In this document: piece by piece, positions 1 to 9,300 of the stretch
Position numbering within the stretch: position 1 is the stretch's first letter
How the letters are laid out: every line of letters begins with the position of its first letter
Assembly (NCBI GenBank): GCA_964106915.2
Contig: OZ066925.1
From: Podarcis gaigeae
Taxonomy: Eukaryota
Direction: 5' to 3' (one strand)
Length of the DNA: 64,000 nucleotides
The notes under the pieces: model-generated
What the model was told of the DNA's origin: nothing
The model's database searches: none
The model's input: the letters and a program-made list of their open reading frames with translations, nothing else
Program-made: the position numbers and the translations under genes

Positions 1-500
1 AAGTAAGTGGCCCCAAACCCAACCTTGTGTGATTGGCTCCAAACCAGTACCAAAAATGGTGTGCCAGTTTGGTGCCATTTTGTGCCACAAGCCCCACTTT
101 CTGTGCCATCCCCCAAACTGAGTAATTAACACTCAACCCGGGGGCCATAAGTGAGCACTTAAGTGGGAACTTAAGTGGGATACGTGGGCGCTTTAGTTAG
201 CTAACGCTGGCTAAATGGGGACTTAAGTTGGCTAAGTAGGGACTTAAGCTAAGGGGACTTAGTCAACTTCAGCCACAGAAAGCAGGGTTTGAGGCACAAA
301 ATGACACCAAACCAGCATACCACTTTGGCACCTGTTTGGGGTCAATCGGACAAGGTTGGATTTTTGGCCATTTACTTGTGCCCCCAATTTGCTCGGTTTG
401 GGGTGGTGGTGGCACAAAACATGGAGTTCACGGCACAAAACAGCACAAAACTAGCACTAAACTTGGGCATCAGTTTTTTGGGGGGGGCAGAATTTTGGGG
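1..500. repeat. Foldback/inverted-repeat element with ~125-bp subrepeats and a central ACTTAAGTGGG-type array (cut by window start)
   Basis: 1-110 is the approximate reverse complement of ~270-378; a further degenerate unit follows at ~385-470. Confidence 0.7.
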
Positions 501-525
501 TCACGTGTTAATGAAGCTCAACTAG

Positions 526-1100
526 ATGCCTCTGGGAAGCCTGTAAGGACCTGAGCACAAGAGCGCTTTCCTAACTGGCATCCAGCCCCCTGCTACCTCC
601 AACTGTGGAGCTAGAACATAGCCATTGTTGCTGGTAGCCACCAGCAGGCATAGCCTCTTTGATCTTCTCCTTTCCCTCTTTGAAGGCCATCCAAGTTTCA
701 GGGGCGGAGCTTCATGCTCTGGCACCAGGGGCAGAGAGCAGGTGGGGGCATGGCTGGTGCGTGTCCTGGGGCCATGGCGCCCAGGGCGGGGGGTGCAGCC
801 GCGATAGCAGCCGCGATGGCACCCCACTACGATCGTGGTACCGGGGGCAGTTCGCTCCCCCACCCCCTCTTCTTTGCCAGTGCCATGTTTATGGCCATGG
901 CTGCATTTTTCCGTAACCACATTTCACAGTTTAAACTGTGGTCTGTGTGAAGTAGTATCTTGTACTTCCTGTCACTTCGTATTAGATGCTTTGGCTATTG
1001 GCTGTCACTCTGTTCCTCCCAGCCCACTGAGATTGGGGGAAGGCCAAGTTTTGACAAAGGAAGTGCTTTCATCAGTCTTCCATCCATTCTCTTAATTTCT
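526..1100 (-). mobile_element. Old CR1-type LINE 3' fragment, interrupted by a MITE at 699-882
   Basis: tgcctctgggaagcc...gccatccaagtt...agtttaa..tgtgtgaag motifs shared with the fragment at 2350-3220; family assignment from recalled consensus. Confidence 0.55.
699..882. mobile_element. hAT-type MITE
   Basis: Degenerate CAG(G/T)GGCGGAG terminal repeats; TSD CCAAGTTT / CCATGTTT (7/8). Confidence 0.6.
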
Positions 1101-1252
1101 GGAAAGTTGTTGGTGTTGTTTTCTTTTTTTCAAATGTTTATTTTATGAATTGGGATGTTGGAATGAGGGGAGGGAGGGGAGCCACAAGGAGACGGTGTTT
1201 TCTTTTTCTTTTTTTACATCATAGAAGGAAACCATTGTGAGCTCAGCCAATA

Positions 1253-1467
1253 TAGTGGTACCTCTGGTTATGGACTTAATTCGTTCCGGAGGTCCGTTCT
1301 TAACCTGAATCCGTTCTTAACCTGAGGTACCGCTTTAGCTAATGGGGCCTCCCGCTGCCACTGCACGATTTCTTTTCTCATCCTGAGGTAAAGTTCTTAA
1401 CCCAAGGTACTACTTCTGGGTTAGCGGAGTCTGTAGCCCGAAGTGTTTGTAACCTGAGGTACCACTG
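1253..1467. mobile_element. Tc1/mariner (Tigger-like) MITE, family A
   Basis: TIR (C)AGTGGTACCTC...GAGGTACCACTG flanked by TA; near-identical copies at 23350, 31646 and 53048. Confidence 0.9.
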
Positions 1468-2349
1468 TAGTGGGAACAACAGCAAGTCCATGACAAGCCT
1501 GCTAATTGTTGCTACTGTTTCAGCCAATCAGAGGTTGCTACATAGTAGCTGGGCCATGTGGTTTCCAAAAGCCGTGTCTGGGGTTTGTCAGGGCTTTGCT
1601 TTCTACACTGCTTTATATAGCGACTGACAGGACAAGGCAACTTCAGCCCAGCAGAATATGTTTATGGATTGCACCTTCCTTCTTAACTATCTTGCTGTCT
1701 TGAGTATCTTTCGTGGATAACAAAGTAATCAATTTTACAAGTATATCATTAGTTGCTGGCTCTTTTGAATGCAGGTCCATTTTGAAAACATGAGCATTAA
1801 AGTGCATGTGGAAGTTAAAACGATAGCCCTTGGCTGCCACCTAAAGGTTTTAAGTGTCACTATGAAAGGATACCCTCCTGTTGAAAAATAGGTATCACAT
1901 TTTGTTCAAGATGATTTCACCTCCTGTCTTTACAAGAAACATCCAGCCTCTTTACTGCAAGTGAGAGGTGGTCATACTAGGTACATATGCCTGAGCCTTC
2001 CCATCTGCAGATGTTCTGGCCTTGTAGCAACAGATTCAAAATTAGGATAATGAAAACACTCAGAGCTGGAGTGTTTCCATTGCCAATCATTCTTAATGGC
2101 CCAGTACTCTGTTCCCTTTGTTTGTTGCTGATGCCCCATCTTCTAAGATGACCTCCTGAACCCAGAAACCCCAGACCTCCTGGCCTGTGTTTTTGTCACT
2201 GCTAGATTCAGCGTTTGGCAGCTTTCCTTAATACTCTGAACACTGACTTATTCCTATCATTTATTAAATCTAAGGATGGGGGGTGGGATCTCCAACTTAT
2301 AAACTCATAACACATTTAGGGGGATCTATCCCCCTCCAAACACTCATAA

Positions 2350-3220
2350 CACCAGCAATCATGATTAGTAGCCTGATAACCTTTGCCCTTCATGAATTTG
2401 TCTGCTCTGCATATAAAGCATTCTTACATCTTGTCTAGTTTAACTATGTGCTGTGTGAAGAAATGCTTTTTCCTCTCCTGAATATCCCACCATTCAGCTT
2501 CAATGGATGACCCAATGTTCTAGTATTATGAAATGCTGGAGGGTCAAATCTTCCTATCCAATTTCTCCACCTGTGAATAATTTTATAAACCCCTATTATG
2601 TCTGCCATCACTCACCATTTTTTCCCAAGCTGAAAAGCCTCAGCCATTATAGTTTTTCCTCATAGAAGAGTTGCTCCAGCCCTTCTTCCACCTCTGAAAT
2701 ACCTTTTTTGAGATGTAGCGACTGAAACTGTAAACAGTATGCCAAATGTCGTAACCTTTGCACTTCTGTGGCTCAGTGGTAAAGCACGTTCTTTGTATGT
2801 TGGATTCCTGCATCTCCAGTTAGGGTTAGGGAAAGAATCCTTCCTGACAGCTGGTGTGCTGCTGCCAGTCAGTGCAGACAACACTGCTCTAGATTGATCA
2901 GTGTTCCAACTCAGTATACAGCAGCCTCCTATGTGTGGCAACAGAACAGATTAGTAGAAAGGTGTTACGGTATTGGCAGTTTTATTTCTGCTTCTCTTCC
3001 TAACGATACCCCAATGTGGAATTCATTGTTTTCACAACGGCTGCACAGTATTTTCAACAAGCTGTGCTTTGTGACCCCAAGATGCTCTTCCTGGATGATG
3101 ATGAGGATTGCCCCAGTGGTGCATCACATTACCTTTGCTTACATTCAATTGCATTTTAATTTGCACTCCCCCAGTTGGGAATGATCCCTTTAAAGCATTT
3201 CACTATCTCTTTTTATTTTT
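2350..3220 (-). mobile_element. Old CR1 LINE fragment with a nested SINE (2766-2935)
   Basis: Degenerate CR1 ORF2 3' motifs on the minus strand (tttaactatgtgctgtgtgaagaa; ttttgagatg..gcgac..aactgta). Confidence 0.6.
2766..2935 (+). mobile_element. tRNA-derived SINE (Ala-like head, ...GCAGCTTCCTATGT tail family)
   Basis: gtggctcagtggtaaagca head; gctgccagtcagtg.agaca body; similar to the copies at 20424 and 49295. Confidence 0.7.
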
Positions 3221-3779
3221 ACCACCCTAAAACATGCACAAATGCATATGCATTCACCACACACGATTGAGTACATGCTCCACATGCAATTTTCCCATAC
3301 TGAAGCCATATCTGTCTAAGACATTTGTCTTAAAAGATTTCATTTTCCTCTTTTGTAGTGTGAGAGATTTCAAAGGACTGTTGATGCAGAGGAGTCAGCA
3401 AAGGATTCCTTATCTCTCTTCCACTACCCATCAGAACATTTTGTACTTTCCCTTGATCAAAATTGTTTCAGAATCATTTGTATTAAAAGCTGTGGACGTA
3501 AATTAGCTCAGCCAGACATCAACTACCAAGGGATGAAGGACGTTTCGATTTTTTCCACCCCCGTAAATACCGCACTGCCTTCCTGTTATCCCAATTTGGG
3601 AAAATGTCGCGTTTGACTCAGGGGTAGAATTCCCTGTGGACATACTTGGATGAAGCAAAAGTGGCCCCACTAAAAAGGATGAGTGATATTAAGAGCCATA
3701 TAAAACACCACTATTTCCGCAACAACGGGAGCAATCCAGGCCACCAACTTCAGTTTTAGCTATATTCCGATGAGGGTCT

Positions 3780-3942
3780 TACCATGTCCTCCTATTAAAA
3801 TTGCTCAGAAACCTGAAGAACTGGGTACACCTTGAGGCAATCTACCCAGGGATGCTGTCATGCTACCTGTAGATGAGTGCCACACCCCATGGTCACATTT
3901 GACTGGACTTAACTGTCCAGGGGTCCTTTACCTTTACCTTTT
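3780..3942 (+). mobile_element. Sauria SINE, degenerate 3' part
   Basis: Ends in ggacttaactgtccaggggtcctttacctttaccttt, the (ACCTTT)n tail. Confidence 0.7.
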
Positions 3943-4200
3943 ACATAATGAGAGCACCTTACAGGCACCAAGTATGCAATAATAATAATAATAATAATTT
4001 ATTTATACCCCGCCCATCTGGCTGGGCTTCCCCAGCCACTTTGGGTGGCTTCCAGCCAAATATGAAAATACAGTAATACATCAAACATTAAGCTTCCCCA
4101 AACAGGGCTGCCTTCAGATGTCTTCTAAAAGTTTGGTAGTTGTTGTTCTCTTTGACATCTGGTGGGAGGGCGTTCCACAGGGTGAGCGCCACTACCGAGA

Positions 4201-5414
4201 CTAACCTGATCTCATTTTTTGACAGAATTACAAGCCTGGTAGATGAAGGGAACGCAGTGGATGTAGCCTACCTTGATTTCAGCAAGGCATTTGACAAGGT
4301 GCCCCATGATATTCTTGTAAAGAAGCTGGTAAAATGCAGTCTTGACTATGCTACCACTCAGTGGATTTGTAACTGGCTGACTGACCGAACCCAAAGGGTG
4401 CTCATCAATGGTTCCTCTTCATCCTGGAGAAGAGTGACTAGTGGGGTGCCACAGGGTTCTGTCTTGGGCCCAGTCTTATTCAACATCTTTATCAACGACT
4501 TGGATGATGGACTCAAGGGCATCCTGATCAAATTTGCAGATGACACCAAACTGGGAGGGGGGGCTAACACCCCAGAGGACAGGATCACACTTCAAAACGA
4601 CCTTGACAGATTAGAGAACTGGGCCAAAACAAACAAGATGAATTTTAACAGGGAGAAATGTAAAGTATTGCACTTAGGCAAAAAAAATGAGAGGCACAAA
4701 TACAAGATGGGTGACACCTGGCTTGAGAGCAGTACATGTGAAAAGGATCTAGGAGCCTTGGTTGACCACAAACTTGACATGAGCCAACAGTGTGACACGG
4801 CAACTAAAAAAGCCAATGCAATTCTGGGCTGCATCAATAGGAGTATAGCATCTAGATCAAGGGAAGTAATAGTGCCACTGTATTCTGCTCTGGTCAGACC
4901 TCACCTGGAGTACTGTGTCCAGTTCTGGGCACCACAGTTCAAGAAGGACACTGACAAACTGGAACGTGTCCAAAGGAGGGCAATCAAAATGGTCAAAGGC
5001 CTGGAAACGATGCCTTATGAGGAACGGCTAAGGGAGCTGGGCATGTTTAGCCTGGAGAAGAAGAGGTTAAGGGGTGATATGATAGCCATGTTCAAATATA
5101 TAAAAGGATGTCACATAGAGGAGGGAGAAAGGTTGTTTTCTGCTGCTCCAGAGAAGCGGACACGGAGCAATGGATCCAAACTACAAGAAAGAAGATTCCA
5201 CCTAAACATTAGGAAGAACTTCCTGACAGTAAGAGCTGTTCGACAGTGGAATTTGCTGCCAAGGAGTGTGGTGGAGTCTCCTTCTTTGGAGGTCCTTAAG
5301 CAGAGGCTTGACAACCATATGTCAGGAGTGCTCTGATGGTGTTTCCTGCTTGGCAGGGGGTTGGACTCAATGGCCCTTGTGGTCTCTTCCGACTCTATGA
5401 TTCTATGATTCTAT
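4201..5414 (+). mobile_element. Young 5'-truncated CR1 LINE with an uninterrupted RT C-terminal frame (to 5336)
   Basis: [28 protein letters not shown] motifs; tail of ATTCTATG octamers; GAGA duplicated at 4197-4200 and 5415-5418. Confidence 0.95.
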
Positions 5415-6098
5415 GAGAAGGCCCTCTGCCTGGTTCCCTGTAATTTGGCTTCTCGCAGTGAGGGAACCGCCAGAAGGCCCTTGGAGGACTTCCGGGTTAG
5501 CGCCTCCGTCAATGGTGGAGCTCCTCCGATCGGGAGGAACCGGCTCCGTGAAAAACAGGGTCTGACCGCCACGGCGACAGCGGAGACCCTTAGAAATCAC
5601 AGACGGGAGAAGTCTGTGAACCTGGGATTCGGCTGGCACCTTCAGCGCCCACTTACTCGCGGGGAGACCCGGTATCGGGAATCCGGAGCGATGTGGGGTG
5701 AGAGGCGCGGTGCTTTGAATCGACCGCTTATTTCACGGAGCGAAGCCGCATTGCCGCTGTCGGAGAGCGCTGACTTTTTTCATGTGGACAATTGGATTCT
5801 AAACAACAACCCGTGAGTAGAACGGGAAATTGAGCTTTTAAATAATTTAATTTGGCACCGAACGGGAAGGTCTAAACAGGAAGTCCACCTTCCCTTTCTG
5901 TAAATAGACTGAAGCAAAGTAGTTACTAACTAAGGTTTTGGAAAGTCTCGTGTAAAGGATTAAAACTCCACTGATTGAAACCATCAATTCTGACCAAGTG
6001 AACTTGCAGGAGAAGGCGGAAAATTAAAGATTGAAGCATCACGTCTCTGAACCTAGGAACAGTTTGCAAAAAGTCCATCGACGGTAAACAGGGCAAAT

Positions 6099-6170
6099 TT
6101 GACAGCTAGCTTTAACTTGACAGCTAGCTTTAATTTGACAGTTGGCATTAATTTGACAGCTAGCTTTAAA
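6099..6170 (+). repeat. 18-bp tandem repeat x4 (TTGACAGCTAGCTTTAAY) in the 5' UTR of the element
   Basis: Directly visible; third unit is degenerate. Confidence 0.9.
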
Positions 6171-6390
6171 AGAAAGACATTATTTCTATTGTCTGCTTCT
6201 GCACTTAAAAAAAAGAAAAAGGAACTGGGAACTGTTATTAATTTACTTTTGGAATTGTGTTGGAAAGGATTGATACAAATTGAGACTGCTTCCCTCTAGG
6301 GGGAGTTTTGGGACATTGTTACAAGTGTGCAGCTGCGAAATTACTCTGAAGGACTGTGAGAAACTAGTTTTGACATTGAATTTCTTAAGA

Positions 6391-7044
6391 ATGTCGGTAA
6401 AGGAAGAAATAGCGTCTGCTTTGAATAGGACAATTTATCTGCTGGGAAAGCTGCATAAACATATAGATGTCATGGCTACTAATATTGATATCTTGGGAAC
6501 AAAAGTGGGCATCAGCATTGAAGTCTACAAGAACCCGGCACAAGAATCTTTCTTAACTGAACATATTGATGAATTAGAGAAGGAGAAAGTTGCTGTTGTT
6601 GCTGTTGTAGAATATAAAGCAAAATATGGGGGAGCTTTAACCCTAAAGAGGCAAATGGAGGGTTACAACTTGAGGCCTTATATGACTGTAATTAGGAGAA
6701 GCCAGTTTTTGAAGATGGGTGCCTGGCCTGATCTGGAAAAGGAAAAGTGGAGAGATCCCTTTATGCAGGGATCAAATGACTTTTGGAATATGAATTTGAG
6801 CCAGGAGGAGATTGGAGCTTTGGGGGCCTTTGGACTTGGAAGAAATGTGAAACAAGGTTTGGAATACTTTATGGGCCCTAGCTTTATTTATGGAAACCTG
6901 GCAGACTTGTCAAGAAGGAATATAAGCATCGTTGGGTTGGAGCTCCCCCGAGATCTGCTTTTTAGCACCAAAGTTTATCAAGAAGATCGGCAGAAGGGAA
7001 ATGAAGAAGAGTTAAGAGCCTCGGATATCAGATCTCCAGGTTGA
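6391..7044 (+). CDS. 217-aa ORF of the HAL1-like element; probable derived L1 ORF1p
   Basis: Open from ATG 6391. The N-terminus is heptad-like; LADLSRRNISIVGL (~6898-6939) resembles the L1 ORF1p motif LE(N/D)RSRRNNIRIxG(L/I)PE. Confidence 0.55.
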   Translation: MSVKEEIASALNRTIYLLGKLHKHIDVMATNIDILGTKVGISIEVYKNPAQESFLTEHIDELEKEKVAVVAVVEYKAKYGGALTLKRQMEGYNLRPYMTVIRRSQFLKMGAWPDLEKEKWRDPFMQGSNDFWNMNLSQEEIGALGAFGLGRNVKQGLEYFMGPSFIYGNLADLSRRNISIVGLELPRDLLFSTKVYQEDRQKGNEEELRASDIRSPG

Positions 7045-7978
7045 TGGACGCTGGGAGGTTGATGGAACTGAGGGCAGGGGCCGGGACCAGGGAGGGGAGA
7101 CGGAGGAAAGAAATTGGGAATTTAAAGTGTATATAAGGAATTTTTTTTAATAAAAAAAAATTAATGAGAAATGGAAAAATCGTGGAATGAAATTTTTATG
7201 ACCCTAGTTTTAATGAGAAATAAGATTAAATAAAGTAAAAATGGATGATTAATTGGTGAAAGAAGAGAATGTTAAACTACAGTATATTAAGATAAATTAT
7301 TAGGATAAAAACAAGGATGAAGGATTTGCTGGAATAACTAACTGAATCAGAATACAAAGAGGGGAGGTGTGAGGAGGTCAAGGAAATAAGTTAAAGAAGG
7401 AAAGTTATGTAAAGGTTTGATTTGTTCTTTTCTTTCTTTTTTCCCCCTTGATTCTATGCATATTTGTTTTGCTTGTTTTTTGTCTGTTTTCCATTTTTTA
7501 TCTTTTTTTTTGATGTGACTTGTTTTTATGTATTGCTTTCTTTTTTGGTTTAATTGGGTGTTTTTTTGTTGTGATTTATGTAACCTTTAAAATTTTAATA
7601 AAAATCTTTTAAAAAAAACAAAACAGAAGGCCCTTGGCACTGGACCTCAGTGTCTAGGTACAATGATGGGGGTGGAGACGCTCCTTCAGATATACTGGGC
7701 CGAGGCCATTTAGGGCTTTAAAGATCAGCACCAACACTTTGAATTGTGCTTGGAAACGTACTGGGAGCCAGTGTAGGTTTTTCAAGACCGGTGTTATGTG
7801 GTCTGTTATGTGTTATGTGGTTTTATATGGTAGGTGTTATGCAAACAACAATGGGATGAAAATAATGGCGTGGAAGTAGCAACAGTACCTTCCCATATCC
7901 AAACAAAGTAATGCCTGTGTGGTGCCACCCTTACTTCAATCCCTCCTCCAAATTCACCTTTTTGGCGACACCTATGAC

Positions 7979-8152
7979 CAGTGCTTTTTTTCTAAAAAAA
8001 ATTTAAAATGTTTGACTCGGGGAAAATCACCACTTTATAGTTCAAATTGGGGAAAATAAATACAGTAAATAGACAAAAACACAAAGATTCACAAAATGTT
8101 TAGGGGTATTCGTCCCCCTGCGTGTGCCCCCCCCCCCCCGAAAAAAGTACTG
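7979..8152. mobile_element. hAT-type MITE
   Basis: TIR CAGTGCTTTTTT / AAAAAAGTACTG; perfect 8-bp TSD CCTATGAC. Confidence 0.88.
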
Positions 8153-8871
8153 CCTATGACACAACACCCTTGAGTCTCAGGCCCTCCTGCAACTAAATCC
8201 CTAAGCCTGAAATGCATATAACTGAAAGAACCACATATTGCTTCCCTGCTTCCCCCTGCCTCCACTTCCCTCCTTTTCCTCTATTTTTCTTCTGTGCTGA
8301 ATGTTATAGACAGTAAGCTCTTCCAGGCAGGGACTAGTCCATTGTGCTCCATAAAGTACTGTGCACAATGTTGATGCTATATCTAAATCATGCCATGAAA
8401 TAACTAGATAACTGGAGAAGTGTCATTCTCTGCTCTCTCCCTCTTATCCTTCCCCTAGGTTTGTTCCTAGCTCCACTAATCCTAGGCTTTCTATTCCTTT
8501 CTGCTCCCGTATACTTTTTCCTCCACTGTCCCTTTTATTAAAAGTAGGTTATCTCTGCCCATGCTGCTTTCAATCTGATTGTAAAGCTCAGAGACAATTT
8601 AACAAGGCAGCGCTAATGCCCTCGAGCTTGCTGCCCTGCCAGAGGTCTCTTGGGAGCTGCACTGGCTGGTACAGCCATGTACCCTCGTGTAGACTGTGTG
8701 GGGCTGAGCAGGGGGGTTACTTAGGAAGGGACAGACACAGATCGCTCTCTTTTCCTTTTGTCTGGCTCAGAACAGTATTGGTAACTGCAGCAGCTCAAGC
8801 AACTATTGCACCTCAATAGGAAATCAAATGGAGAAGACTGGTAAGAGGAACGGAATTAAAGGAATGGAGGG

Positions 8872-9118
8872 TGTTAAGTTGTGGGTGAACATATCAGACA
8901 ACACAGCGATTCTTCAAACAGCTCTTCTTTATTCAGAGGCCAGAACAGAACTGAGCTGAAGGGTTCAGTCAGCCTGCTTATATAGAGCTCCAGTACAACG
9001 TAACTGTAACAATTTTCTAAAACTATCCAATCACTGAACGTCACTTTCGATCCCTTATTTGCATAACTATCTACAGTATCCCCCTGCTGGCCCAGGGTGA
9101 GAACTTCAGTACATAACA
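8872..9118 (-). mobile_element. Solo LTR (247 bp)
   Basis: TGTTA...TAACA termini; 5-bp TSD GAGGG; on the minus strand TATATAA (8978-8984) precedes AATAAA (8928-8933). Confidence 0.88.
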
Positions 9119-9188
9119 GAGGGCAAATCTGAAAAGTATGGGTGGGGAAGAGATGTGGATGCAATTTAAATCTGATGTTAAACCTGTA

Positions 9189-9300
9189 CAGTTGGTAGAG
9201 CATGAGACTCTTAATCGCAGGGTCATGGGCAAAAGATCCCTACATTGCAGGGAGTTGGGCTAGCAGTAGTAGTCCTTTCCAACTGTACAATACTATGCTT
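9189..9300 (+). mobile_element. tRNA-Lys-derived SINE with CR1-type tail (degenerate)
   Basis: cagttggtagagcatgagactcttaat head; same family as 50917-51053. Confidence 0.75.

Larger units (their letters stand above)
5485..7623 (+). mobile_element. Complete non-autonomous L1-like (HAL1-like) retroelement, 2139 bp
   Basis: Perfect 14-bp TSD CAGAAGGCCCTTGG (5471-5484, 7624-7637); CpG-rich 5' end; one long ORF; 3' segment similar to the L1 3' UTR at 15260-15340; AATAAA at 7597 and A-rich tail; no endonuclease or RT. Confidence 0.85.
3979..7805 (-). mobile_element. L2 LINE 3' fragment split into three parts (3979-4200, 5415-5484, 7624-~7805) by two later insertions
   Basis: Removing both inserts rejoins ...gccactaccGAGAaggccctctgcctgg...gaaccgcCAGAAGGCCCTTGGcactggacc...; the first part is the reverse-complement homologue of 44958-45240. 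Confidence 0.8.

Noticed and set aside
4140-4200. N-terminus of the 398-aa ORF as a real start
   Set aside because: It is antisense L2 sequence read through into the 5'-truncated CR1 frame from a non-ATG start.
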